Shown: positions 1 through 13,700 of the stretch, in pieces | How positions within the stretch are numbered: position 1 is the stretch's first letter | Layout of the letters: every line of letters starts with the position of its first letter | NCBI GenBank assembly: GCA_001642005.1 | Contig: LWCA01000226.1 | Span: 1-38,435 of the forward strand | Source of the DNA: Intoshia linei | Lineage: Eukaryota > Animalia > Orthonectida | DNA: 38,435 nucleotides | Direction of reading: 5' to 3' | Made by a program: the position numbers and the translations under genes | The notes under the pieces: generated by a model | The model's input: only the letters and a program-made list of their open reading frames with translations | Databases searched by the model: none | Told to the model about the DNA's origin: nothing

Positions 1-574
1 AATAAAAATTGAAAATGTAAATATTGATCCTACAATTTCAAAAAAAATGTGCAGCTAACGTCTACACATTTCCCATAAAGAAATATGGGTGAAAATCTAT
101 ATAATTCATTAATTCGGATTTTTTTCATTGCTACGAAATTTTTAAATTTCAAATTCTTATTTTTAAAACATTTTGAATAAAATTTAAATAAAAAGTAATA
201 CAACTTTGTTATTATCATTTTGATATTTATTACAATCCTTTGCAATATTGGTAAAATTTGCCTGAAATATGTCACACATTCTGTCTAATAAATTAAAAAA
301 ATGGGATAACAATTATTTTTAAAATTTTTTACGCAAATGTTAACAAAAAAAATTAAGATGGAATAATTTACTTTAAAGTAAAAAAAGTAATGTGATATAA
401 GAGATTCGACGTGAAACAAGTTTGGGAACCACTCTTGTAAAAAGGATTGATAATAGTGAATAGTAGGATTTTTAAGTTAGATTTTTAACGTGAATTTATT
501 TTGTTGGTATAATAAAAATGTACCCTTGGCGGAGCTAGGTGATGTTTGTACGTAGTACATAACAGTCAATGTAG
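1..574 (+). mobile_element. Helitron-like family, 3' part (5' part outside the window), in a formin intron
   Basis: Reverse complement of about 34318-35200; ends ...GGCGGAGCTAGGTGATGTTTGTACGTAGTACATAACAGTCAATGTAG|T. Confidence 0.8.
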
Positions 575-753
575 TATATTATATAATAGTACAAATAAAA
601 ATATATTTTGTAGATTTTTATAGGGCACGCAATTATTTTTTATTTCGAATGTTAATAAAATTGCAATTTTATACATATTTGTTCTACAGTTCAAATAAAA
701 TGCATTTATTTATTTATTATTTTTACATTAAATTTTCATATGTCCTATTTTAG

Positions 754-3700
754 TTGGATAAAATCTTTTAAAGAAAAAGCTCTTCAACCATTTAATGTGT
801 TTTTTGGGTGTAGTGTTAAAAGGTATTTTTTTAATTTTAACATTCGTATAATTTCTAAATAAAATAAATTGAAAAAACGTATAATATTTGATGTATAACC
901 CTGAAACGGGTTTAACATAAGTATATATTTAAAATTTATTGTGTTTAAAAGGATACAAGGTTGTCAAATTTGCCTACTTGTAAGACTTACGGAGTATGTT
1001 TAATTATAAAACGTCCAATACAATAATCCATTATAATAGTAGTTCTTAGCCGGATTTATAGATAATATTGTTATATACTCTGTGAAGTAAATATGGGATC
1101 AATGAACGGATTCAGACAGCTTTTATACACGTTATGAAAAATGTAAAAAAATATTTATTAATCTGTCAAAAGTTTTGACTCAAAACTATATAAAAATTTT
1201 GTGATCTCTAAATGTTTTTTAAATTTGAAATGGGGAAACTGCAACACAACTGGTCATTTGTGTAATCCGTTGTAAAAATATAAAAAATTGTGATTTTTCT
1301 AACATTGGGAATAGTTTCACGTGGTTTTTTCTTTTATTCAGATATTCATTCATATCTCATAATTGACTCTGTGGTTTATTTACAAAATTAGCAATATTTG
1401 TGTCTTGATTTATTTTATTTTTAAGTATTATTACTAGGTTGTGTAACATTGAATTGAGCCATGTAGAAAATAATTATATTGTATTTTAGTGGTACTAATG
1501 AATCTATTAATGAATCCATTAAATGTCTTAAAGCGTATATGAATAATTGGGTAATTTTTACAGTTTATATTACACTTGGCTTTACTAAATTAATATGAAT
1601 TAAAGTTTCATTTTATCAATGTAATACGTATGTAATGTACACTGTATATTGTAGTGTATAAGGAAATTATAACGGTTTCACACTTTCGTTTTATTTGTAT
1701 TTTTAAAATCACTTGAAATTTATATAAAAAAAATTTATTTATCATAAAATTTTATACTAGAGGCTTTAGTTTAGAGCCATAAATAAACCAACCCTTTAAG
1801 GATAAAATCCACTTTTGCCTATTATGAAAACTTGAAAAATTACTATTTTTTAAAGTGGAGTATTTTTTAACTTTTATGATATAGATTATGCAATTTTATA
1901 AATCTTGCCTAATTATATATTTATATAAATAACCGATACAATATATAAAATATACACTTTTTAAACTAGGTAAGGGTAAAGGTAATAACATTTTATCTAA
2001 TGCAAAAACCTTGTATTAAAAATTATCATTTTGTAAAGTAAATGGAATGTCATGTTTGCATAAAGCAATCTAATTCAATACCCAAAATGAAAAAGAGAGT
2101 GTTTTAAAATCGCATGTCATAATTGGTAAAAGTGGAACTTTTCCTAAAGGATTGGTAAAATGGTATTTTTCTTTTTAAGGTTGGTAAAACTGGATTTTTA
2201 GTAAAAATGGTTGGATTTTTAAAATTGTTTGAAATTTTAGTAAAAATTTTTTAATGATTCATATATAAACCAATAAAATTTTATGAAAATGTCATTATTA
2301 TATTAAAATTATATGAATTATTGGATGTAATATTACCGGTAATATCAATTTATTCTAAAAAATAAATTGCCCCCAATATTAAAACATCAGCTAGATTGAG
2401 AATCCTTTCTCTACATTAATTAATTGATGAATTTTTTTAGGTTGGAATAAAAAGTATTAGCGATCATGAAGAAATTATAAAAAATCTTGTTTCCTTATTT
2501 TATATGCACAACTCAACGGATTGTATTATAGTTATTGATATTAGCCGATTATTGGCTGCTGTATGTCGATATTCGGAAAATGGGTACATTTTTATTTTCA
2601 ATTATGTAACACAGTTTCTCAACATATTTCACTCGTGACGAGTCGTCACTGACACGACGTCTTACACAAAATTACCCTCAAAAATCGTCATAAATGATGA
2701 TTAAATGGTAACATCAGTTTTTGACCGGAATGCTTGGATTTCTGGGGTTTAAATTTTGTATCTATTTCAATTTGAATACGCTATGTCAGAATAATCTTTT
2801 TTTAAATTCTAGGACCATTAATTATTTCAAATGTTTTCATTTTAATAAAATATTAAATATACATATTTATGTATACATGTATATTTTAGTTACCAAATAA
2901 AAAAAATGAATAAAAAAGCTTTGTTAACCGTTAAGACTTGACTTTGTGAGATTAAAAATTTTTGTGTGGTGATTGGATAAATAAATAACTATGAGCTTTA
3001 TTTTTTTTTTAATTCTAGGACTGTTTTCATTTTTAAAAAAAGGGTAATCTGTTGTTTTGATCGTTAACATGCACTTTTTTGAGGTAGCGATTTGTGATCA
3101 ATTATAATGCTTATGATTTAAAAAACTTTCCCAGAATTTATGTTTTATAAAATTTTAGGACTTTAAATTTAAATTTTTAATTGAAAGGGTAATTTGTAGT
3201 TTTGGCCCTGAAGATATACCCTTTTGAAATTAAAATTTATTTTAATGTTCATAATTTATAATTCTGTATCAAAGTGCATATTTTTTTAAATTGTAGGCAG
3301 GGCCGTAGAGAGGGGCTACAAGTATGAGGCGCCTACTTATTAAAATTAATAATATGTAATGTTGGAAAATTTCTAAAGTATACCAAAATTTCGATAACCA
3401 ATGCGATTTCCAACGGTTATTTTATAGATAATGAACGATCGATTAAGCAATGTATGGAGGTCCTATTTTCTAAAAAAAATCGATAGGGATCTGCTCTGGT
3501 TATATTACTGGTTTGATATACAAAAAAAAGAAATATTACTTTGGGTTTTTGACCGTGAAGGTGTATGTGTGCGAGATTGAGATTTCTGCAAAAACCTGAC
3601 TTGTAATTTGTGTTTGTTAAAATTCTAGGACTCTTTATTATTGAAATAAAAGATAACACAAACAGAATGTATATAAGTTTAATTTAAGGATTTGTACTTG

Positions 3701-6700
3701 ATATAAATAAGGATTAGTGGTTTCCAATATTTTAGGTTTGATTAAAAATTAAAACTATATTTTTATGATGATTATTGTATATTTATTTTTTAGTTTACAC
3801 CTTGTGTTGAAATGTATTACTGAAATTGCTGCTGAAGAAAAAAAACCTAGATTCAAACCAATTGTCTATTGGCTTTTTCATAAAACTGAAAACGATGATG
3901 AACAATTGCATGTAATTAAATTTTTTCTTTTTTCAATTTATTTTTTGATAGCTCAACATGTTTATTTTCCTTACTTCTATTTTACACTCTATAAAATCAG
4001 TCGACTATCGGCATTACCTTCGTTCTGAAATGTTGGCTGCTGGATTTAGGGACTTTGTCAGAGTAATATTTTTGAAAGTAAAATATAAATTATATTATGT
4101 TAGTTGAAAATTGGACAAAAAGACATTTCAATGGAATTTAGAGGTTTAATTGATACATTTAATTTAATGGAAAAAGACGACAACGAATTGATTTTACATC
4201 AATTTAACGTATCAATTGAAAATTTCAGGTAAATGCCTCTTAATTAATATATGTTAATGTACGTTTTTTTAGTACAATTAAAAAATGTAATTATGTACTT
4301 GAACATTTGTTTGATAAAGACACGATATCTCAATCACTTTTGGTTAACATTCTACAGCAATTCATTTATCTTCCTAATGATGCAACTTCTCGGTTCATTG
4401 AATGTTTTTGAAATTATTTCATTTTAGTTGTACAACGCTATGTTTAATTGAAAATTGTATACATCAGATTATATTTGGTCTCAAACATACAAATGTTATT
4501 TATAGCGAGGATAATCTTTCTGTTCAACTTAATTTTGATCAACATAAGAATACTAGTAATTTTAACATACTATATCAGTGTTTATAATCTGGTATTTGTA
4601 ATTGACACAGTAAGATGTCGGTGTCGTGTAAGATACACTGGATGTGAGATTTTTTTAAATATTGTTAGAGTCCAATTTTCAAAAAATTAGTAATAACCAA
4701 TTATTTTTATGGTTAGGGTAATGTATAAATAATAAAAATAATATAATTTGGGTACAGTTCATGTGATGTTCATGTTATGTAAAAAGTGTTAATTTAAATT
4801 TGTATACTTTTTATCTGATTTTATTTAATTATAACATTTTGTATATTTTGATAATCCTTCAGATATTTATAAGTATATTTCTTCATTATATTTCAATTTA
4901 CAATGTGGTATTTTGGAAATATTTCAAACCGTTTACTTGTTTTATTGATTTTTTATAATTTACCAAGTAATTTGAAAATAATTTGAATCAATAGGTTAAA
5001 TTATTAAAAAAATCTGTCTGTAAATCGTTTTTTAATCATTTACTTTTAATCACAATGTATATGAAAATTTGAAATTGTTTATAATTTAAGTGAGAAAACC
5101 AATAAGTAACTAATATTAATTTTTAATCTATATTTATTCATACTTTTTGAATTTAACATTCTTGAGAAACAATTGTAATTGTATAAGGTCATAAATCTAA
5201 TATTCATTCCGAATTCGAATAAATGTGACACTCGTAATAATTCTATGGAAACTTTAGTAACGAAATTATTAAATTTATGATCAATTCTTCACACGATATT
5301 AATGCTCAACATAACTGTGCAAATTGTTCAGTTTGTTCAGGGTGCTAATGTATATCCGATTTGGTCACTACTAAACTATTATATTATTTTTGATATTTAT
5401 TGGAGTAATTTAAAATTTAAAGCAAAATTGAAAGAGACATATAACAAGTTGATAAACTCAAAAAATGAATTAGAATCTCTTAAAAAAAGGATTTCTGATC
5501 AAGAAGAGTGTTGTAATCAAAAAAGTGCCAAAATCGAAGCTCTAGAAAAAATAAAATGTCAATATGAGCAGCAACTATTTACATCAGGGGTAAATAATAT
5601 AACTGTTTTTTTTAAATTATTTTTATAGAAAGGGAAATGTGTTGTTTCCACTGACATTTCTAGCCAAAACAAACCAAGTACTTCTAAACCGCCTGCCATT
5701 TCTGCTCCTCCTGTAAACATTCCTCCTCCGATAAATGCTCCACCCTGTGGTGCACCACCATCAAATTCAGCTTCTTCTATACACCCACCAAAGAATTCTA
5801 ATTTTCAACTTGCAAAAACAATTAGTTTGCCTTTTAACATGAAACCAAAAATAAATTATAAATCTAAAGCGGATGCTCTAAATACGTATCGCGTCTTTTG
5901 GAACAAAATCAACGTTCAAACCCTTGAATCGAAATCCATTTGGGTAAATATGGATGATAAATACGTTTTCAGTGAAGATATGGTGGATAGCGTGCGAAGC
6001 GTTTTTGCCAAAAGAAAATTATCTAAACCAGGTTAATATTAAATTGGTCGTTTTTAATATATTTTAGATTTTAAAGCCACCAAAGAACTATCTGATAAAA
6101 GTGTAAATGGAATGGGTATATTGGATGATGCCATTTTACAGAACCTTGGTGTTGCTATACGACAAATGAAGATGAAAAATATTACCAGCGAAATATTTGT
6201 TAAACAAATCTTACAAGGTGACAAGCATAATAGTCTCAACATGGGCCCATTATCAACTATCCTAAAGTATTTCCCCGATGAAAAGTGTCTTAAAAAACTG
6301 AGAGACAATGAATCCTCTTACAATAAAATGAATGAATCTGAACAGTTAATTTACCACCTATCAAAAATACCACACTCTAAAAGTACTATAGAATCTCTCA
6401 TTCTGAAACACACCTTTTGGGAATCTGTAACTATTCTCAAATCTGTAATTATTTTTAAAAAATATTTATTTAATTTATTTAGAATTTTTCGTTGATTAAT
6501 ACTGCCATTAGTGAAATTTGTAATAGTAATAAGCTTAAAGAATTTTTCAATTATATTTTATCTATTGGAAATTTATTAAATACTGGAACTACTCATTGGG
6601 GTGCTTTTGGATTCCATATTGAAGATTTGCCAAGGGTAATTGTTTAAATTGAGTCAATTTTTACTTTAAATGATGGTCTAATACCGTTAATTTATGTCCT

Positions 6701-9700
6701 GCAGTAGGAATTAAATATTAATAAATAACCATACCAGTGGCGACTCTCCACATCGTGCTACTCGTGCTCAGCACGGTTAAACGTTTTGGAGAAATTTAAA
6801 AATTTAATATCAGTAAATATTACATAGTGTATTACTAAAAAATACTAATAGACAGTCAATAAACGAAAAAAATAATATTTATTATTAGACTATATTTTTA
6901 TGATAATTACTAGGTTGACTGTTATATACTACGTACAAACAGCAGCTAGTTCTGCCGAGGGCACATTTTTATTCTACCAAAAAAATAAATTCATGTTGAA
7001 AATATAATTTAAAAATCCTACTATTCACTATTATCAATCCTTTAAAGGAGTGGTTCCAAAAATAAATTCACGTTGAAAATCTAATTTAAAAATCCTACTA
7101 TTCACTATTATCAATCCTTTAAAGGAGTGGTTCCCAAACTTGTTTCAGGTGGAACCATCATATCACATTACTTTTTACTTTAAAGTGAATTATTCCACTT
7201 TAATTTTGTTTTGTTAACATTTCCGTAAAGAATTTTAAAAACAATTTTTATCCCATTTTTTTAATTTATTAGACAGAGAATATGTGTATAATATTAAAAA
7301 TAGAGTAAAAACACTCCAATCCTAAAAATTGTCATAAATAGCATACATTCCAGAAAAAATAAAATTATATAAACCTATTTTATGTTTTTCAATGTTATAA
7401 TATATATTCAGTACCAATTTAATAAATACTTAAAAATACCAATTATGTATCAATAATTAATAGAATCTTCACTTTATAAATATATTTTAAATGAATTTTA
7501 CCAATATTGCAACTGATTGTAATAAATATAAAAATGGTAATAACAAAGTTGTATTACTTTTAGTAATCGTTGTTGTAGTTTTAATTTAAATTTTTAAAAA
7601 ATATTTTGAAAATGAGAATTTGAAATTTAAAAATAGCGTAACAATGAAAAAAATTGCGAAGGAATGAATTATATAGATTTTCATCAATATTTCTTTATTG
7701 GAAATGTAGAAATATAGACATTCAATGCACATTTTTTTTGAAGTTTTAGGACCAATATTTACATTTTTTGTTTTAATAAAATATTTCGAAAAAAAATATA
7801 TGAATACTAAAATGTTTTTTTGACCGTGAAGGCGTCGATTGTAGGTAAAAACGGTACAACTTAAATAATTAGAATTACATAACAATGAAAATACAATTGT
7901 ATTGACATGATTGCAAGTAGAGCTGGAGATTAAATTTACGGACTGAGTGTATTATAAAAGATCTGCAAATTATGTTATCATTTATTACTAATTAATTACT
8001 AATTACAAACAAAATCTTATATTATAAGCAATTCCGCGTAGAAATTAACTTATTGTTTTTCTACCAAAATAGACACTAATAATTGTAATAACCAATAATT
8101 AACAATTTTTCACTACAAAACATCATATATTGTGTATTTTTAATAAGAATTTATAATTGAATAAGATAAAAAAATATTCTATGGTGTTCACACCATAGAA
8201 TATTATTTTTTTTTTTGTAATATGGTTTTTAGGTAAAAAATTAATCTTAATATTTCAGTTTTAACTTAGGTCTGTAGTTGATGAATTTTATAAAATCTAA
8301 TAATAATAATAAGAATGAATCTAATATAGGTCAAATTTTAAGTGAAATTGCGTTATATCAGTGTAGTTTCGGTATTTCATTGTATTGTATTTTCATTGTT
8401 ATGTAATTATAATTATTTAAGTTGTGCCGTTTTTGTAGATTACAAAGGCGTCACTTATTAAAATTGGTGGCTCCCTTTATACTAAAAAATCTAATTGAAT
8501 TAATAGCACATATTAGTTAATATCTTAAATTATATGTTTATTTTAGATTTGCTCTAATGATATTAATGGTAAACCATATGTTCGATGTATTTTGGAAATT
8601 GCTGACAGTAAAAAATCCAAGATGGGTGAACTGATCGATGAATTAAAAATTTCGTCTGAAATAAAAGGTTTTTATGACATTAATAAAATGAAGATAAAGT
8701 CAGACCCGAGACAGTAATCATGTGAAAATTCCATGAAAGTGGTCACTTAATATTGGAAAGATAATATTATTTAACGATAATTATTATTTCTTAGTAAGTT
8801 GAATCATTGTATAAATATTATTTTTAACGAGTAATATGCTATCTAAGAACATTATGGGTTTTATTTTCTTGGTTATTGATACTAACGCAATAAACATTTA
8901 GCAAGTTGAGTCTGACACCCCTAATCAATAACCAAGGAATAAAGCTGACTTTAGTTTTGAAAAAACGACTTTATGTACTGAAAATGGATATATATTATTT
9001 TTTAATTATTTTAGTATGTTAAGTAATGACATATCACTTTTTTCGGGTCTCATTGTATTTATCAATCTTAATAAGGAATACCCAACATGATATTGTCTGG
9101 AATTAAATAAGTTGGCCGCGTTGCAATGTATGGTTGAATATTTTTCTTTCATTTAAATGGATATGTTAATTGATAATTTATAATGAGAAGTTGATAACGA
9201 ATTATACATTAAACTTGAATGTATTACATTAACAATTACATTTAGTTGATTACAATCTGTTAAAACAAGATTTTACATCATTATCAATATCTCTTGCGAA
9301 ATGTTCAAAACATTTACAGAAACTTGAAACAGAAGTTCACAATGACAAAGGCTATTTTGAAACAATGACGGTTAATTTGAAATTTTTTTATTTTATATTG
9401 TGTAGAAGTTTATGAGCGACACAAAAGTAGAAATTGAAACTGTCCGCGTATTGCTAGACAAAGTAGATTCTAATTATGATTACGCTAGTCAATATTTTTC
9501 GTTTGAAAAGAGTTCAGTTCCAATCAATAGCTTTTTCTTATATTTTTCTCAATTCCTGTCACTTTTTAAGGTTTCTTTAATTGATAATTTTATTTATTTT
9601 TAATTATTTATTAATATTTTAACCAAGACATCTCATAAAATTGTTAAATGAAAAATTTTGTTCATTTGGTAATTAAAGTGCTGATTTATATTCCATTTTA

Positions 9701-10328
9701 TTTTTTATAAATTTATAAAAGATTTAAATAGATCAGTTTATCTCGTCATAATACTGAAAAACGAGAAATCAAACGCATTGCCATGATGCAAAGAATGCGT
9801 AAATATGACTCCAAAAATTGGCAAAAAAAAAGATATTCTACACCAGGAATTGTTGATGATGGCAGTAATTTTTTATACGCAAATGCAGGAGAAATTATAA
9901 TTATTAAACTTTTTTTTTGATTTTCTTATGTTGATAAAATTACTTGTTTTTATTGATATAATAACTTTCTCTTTTTATTAGTGAAATGTCAAAATGCAGT
10001 GGATACAATTTTAGCTGACTCAATCATTTCTGATCAAGTTTATAATGAAAAGGATAACCGACACCATAATTTAATCAAATTTCTATCGTCTGGAACTCAA
10101 GGTAATTTTATTTAACTGGGCGAGAAAAATTAGCTATTTTAACAAGATTAGTTTAAATTTTAAATTTGAAAAATTTTTTTGGTGAATAATATTTTGTTTA
10201 ATTCCTGAAATTGATAACTATATTTAGATGTCAATAACATTTTGTCTCGAACTCCCAGATGCTCCAAAAATCCAAAAAATATAAAACACCGATCTGTGAC
10301 AGCCATACCAAGCAAATTTCCATATTGA
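754..10328 (+). CDS. DIAPH: Diaphanous-related formin (GBD/FH3-coiled coil-FH1-FH2-DAD-like), 5' end outside the window, about 912 aa visible, 18 exons
   Basis: Exons 754-822, 1490-1550, 2441-2583, 3794-3911, 3952-4062, 4104-4228, 4273-4392, 4428-4555, 5423-5589, 5629-6031, 6068-6444, 6483-6635, 8547-8667, 9246-9370, 9406-9570, 9732-9864, 9982-10101, 10228-10328 join in frame via GT-AG introns. Motifs: WIKSF, IKCLKAYMNNW-VGIK (mDia IRCLKAFMNNKFGIK), DYRHYLRSEM, LIENCIHQI (mDia LIEECISQI), lasso Trps FWNKI/SIWVN, ILDDAILQNLGV, LSIGNLLNTG...AFGF, YFSFE...FF..FSQFLSLF. The last three exons are less certain. Confidence 0.9.
2715..3713 (-). repeat. Diverged relative of the Helitron 5' half, made of about 110-bp tandem subunits
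   Basis: Recurrent unit AAATTCTAGGAC..TTTTCA..AAAAGGGTAATTTGT.GTTTTGACCGTGAAGAT, as in 35260-35760. Interrupted by a hAT fragment at 3298. Boundaries approximate. Confidence 0.6.
3298..3500 (-). mobile_element. Partial inverted copy of the 12924-13216 MITE
   Basis: CAGGGCCGTAGAGAGGGGCTA..., ATGTAATGTTGGAAAATTT and AACGATCGATTAAGCAATGTAT match the reverse complement of about 12960-13216. Confidence 0.7.
6910..7836 (-). mobile_element. Helitron-like family, 5'-truncated copy in a formin intron
   Basis: Begins A|CTAGGTTGACTGTTAT as at 34318 and is colinear with the full copy to about TTTGACCGTGAAG, with an internal deletion. The right boundary is approximate. Confidence 0.8.
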
Positions 10329-10761
10329 TGTCCGTATTGCTCGTTTTCTGTGAATTAATAATAATGTAATGTTGATATGTAAAAATAAATAATTTTTATC
10401 AATCATGTATTTATTGTTCTAATTATTTGTAAAAACTGAATGATTTAGTGTAAATTGTTGAACTATGTGGAATCTTTATTTTAAATCTTATTTACGCATT
10501 AAATTTTAATTGAAACTGTTACAATGAATTACATGATATGCTCTGAATATTGCAAAATTGGGTCATACTTTAGTTTTACATCATGTACATTGTATTTATC
10601 CATCTTTTAAATGTTATCATTGAAATAATACTAACTCTACCTCATTGAATTATTTAAAAGAGTTTCATTTTTGCACACTTTAAAATATTCTACATTGAAA
10701 TTATTTGTCCTGTATAAACAACATCTGATGTTTACATAAGAAATTATATTTCCAATTTAAA

Positions 10762-13700
10762 ATGGGGATTTTTAAGCGTATGTTCAAGCGGGTTTGATAA
10801 TCTTAAACTATAATAAATATATTACCAGAAAGACTCCGCTATAACGGTAAAGCCTGGTGTAGCAATCAATAGCAAAGAACTAACTAAACCCGATATTTTG
10901 AATTCTAGTAAAGATGATAAATTTTTGGATGAGGTTTTTAATAAATTAAATTGTATATATTCGTTTGTTGGCTTTTATATTAATTATGAATATTTAGAAA
11001 TTTTTTGAATCGACTGTCAAACAAGAAAAGAACGAATTTAAATACAGAACAATAAAGCGTAATTTAAATATACTTTAAAAATGGCATTATATTTACATTT
11101 TCATTAATTAAAGGTCAATCATTTCAATTAAAGATATAATAAAAATTAATATTTATTAATTTAGTAAATACACCAATTGCTAAAGATTTGCTGGATAATG
11201 AACCTGCAAAAACCAAGATAGATATAATACAAGCTAAAAAGAAAAAAAGGAAAAATATGAATTTTCTTTACGAAGTAATATATAGCTAGAATTAGCCTAA
11301 TATACCAAAACGGTGACACTACATATGTATATACTGTAATCTGATTATATGGCCTTTTTTTAAAACTCCATATTAATTAGTACTCAATCTATTTCTGTTT
11401 AAGATATCAACATGAACTCGCAAATAAACATTGTGAATATTATTCATTTCATTATTACAGTTTAAGTCCTTATTAACGGAATTGAAAATTTTGTCATTTC
11501 GTTAATATGGAATTGTCCCCATAGTAACATCATAGTTAACAGAATTTAATTTTTATAAATAAAACCCAATAACTGGTCAAATTTCTTGTTATTATCAGTT
11601 TTTGAATAATACATGACAAAGTAATATGCACAAACATTATCAACGTATCCACATCAGTTTTTTGGGGTCAATGAAAAATTTTATAAATTTTAAATTATTT
11701 ACAGATATAAAATAAATTTAATAATGATATTTTCGCAATGATAGTAATTATTTATAATTAACGCCACCTAATTTAATATTTATTAAAAATTTGATAAAAA
11801 ACTTAATAAATTGACTTGTAATTAGTACAAAAATGAGTTGATATTTGATTCTCTTAAAAATAGATTCTAGAGCTTAAGAGATACAATTATTATTAACGGA
11901 ATTTTTGGTTCATACAAATTCGTTAAGAATAAATAAATAATTTAAAATTTATTTAATATGGAATTTTGACGCTAAAATGGAATTTCTGCTAACAAAATTT
12001 CCGTTGATAAGGACTTAGACTGTAGTTACATTGACGTTATTCTACATTAGTAGTCCACAATAAACAGGCCCACTTTTTGATATTTTACATTAAAAATAAT
12101 TTTAACTCTATTATAATGTCTTTATTATCATGTTATTATATGTAATATGTGTTAATATGTGTGTAATATATAATTATTTTATGTGTTTAATAATGTGTAT
12201 GTTATAAATGTCAATAATATCTACGCTTGAGATTCAAAAATATTAAGATCCCCAAGAAAAATGTAACGTTTTCGTGTATCTTAAAACCAAAAATGCAATA
12301 ATAGTTTTTTCAAGTCACATGTTTATCATAACTTTTAATCATTGAAATTTGCGTATTGTATTCCAATTTTCAACAACACACCTAATATTTTGCAAATTCT
12401 TAAATTTTAAAGTTTATAAACTACGAGCTTGAAACTTTTTTAAATTATGACTTTATTAATATTATTATGACAATTATGTCACAAATATGACATTTATGAC
12501 TTTTTAAAAATCGATATACTTATTAAATGTGTATATTAGAGTTCCCTCTTACATTAATAACATTTTTTTATTATTAAAAAAAAATTTTTTTGTGTGACAT
12601 TGTTCTCCCTAATAATTACTAATTACACCTTACGTTATGATATGAACACCCATTAATATACTAAAAAGTATCATAATTTTATATAAATTAATATAGAATG
12701 ACAAACTTGGTGAAAGATATAGGTCATTGAGAGAAACTGAACATTTTTATCAATACATTTTATTGGGGACAATTATAATTAATAATTTTAATTAATAAAA
12801 TTCTCTATATTCAGGAATTCCTGGTTTAGAGCCATTATCAGGAGTCTATACTTTTATTTTGTGTCTCTTCAGAATTCCAACATATTATAAGTATATCTGC
12901 ATGATAAAGGATGGTATCAGCAACAGTGCCGTGGAGATCCAACAGTAGGCCCAAACCAGATAGAAACTGTAGGCCCCTGTCAATTTTTTTTTTAAATTGG
13001 GACGTCTATACATTGTTTAATCGATCGTTTATTGCCTAAAAATTGAAAATAACATAAACTAACTTAAATACTTAACAAATTTTCCAACATTACATAAATT
13101 TATATTTTAACTTAAAAATTTTGTATCACGAAATCTAAAATTTCCAAATTTACCTAAACAAATTAAAATATTAGGCTCTCATGATTGTAGGCCCATAGCC
13201 CCTGTCCACGGCCCTGGTCAGCAATGCTGCACCGAAATCATGTTGAACCAGATTTTGAATAAAAAATTCAACGCTAACAAATGTATACATTTACTCATAT
13301 TTGTCCTATATTAGTTTTATATACCAAACACATAAATAAGGATTCATATTTTTAAATTAAAATGAATTGGAAAAACTGATTTAAAATTTTAAAAGAATTT
13401 TAAATTTATGTCCTTGTTTTAGTATAAGACAATTATAAAAATATATTTAGGACAGAAAAAACGACGTTAAAAGTTCAATTTACAAAGAAGACCCTGTATT
13501 AAAATTGTCTATTAAAATTTCCAAAGAAATAAACGAACTTTCCGAGCAAAGTACAGAAACTCCGAAAATCCCCGAAAAAGCAAAAAAATCAAATTACGAT
13601 TATGTCAAACGCATTGACAAGGAAAAATATTTCAGTAAAACAAGCATCTCCTCTCATATAACTGAACATGATAAATCTGACAATAAAAGCAATAACAACA

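Noticed and set aside
30-275. 81-aa minus-strand ORF (similarly 3417-3659, 7586-7885, 28048-28293, 35601-35954)
   Set aside because: These lie inside non-coding repeat copies, are F/I/K/N-rich as expected from AT-rich DNA, and frames are not conserved between copies. No Rep/helicase motifs.
2611-2660. Hairpin GTGACGA-G-TCGTCAC next to CAGTTTCTCAAC
   Set aside because: Most simply a degraded hAT MITE end; no partner end and no evidence for independent function.
6735-6780. CAGTGGCGACTC... possible hAT left TIR
   Set aside because: No convincing matching right TIR or TSD found, so it is not called as an element.
12697-12860. Candidate extra exons (12697-12722 and from 12815) in the orphan gene
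   Set aside because: Acceptors look plausible, but I found no convincing donor restoring phase 0 into 13451, so they are left out of the model.
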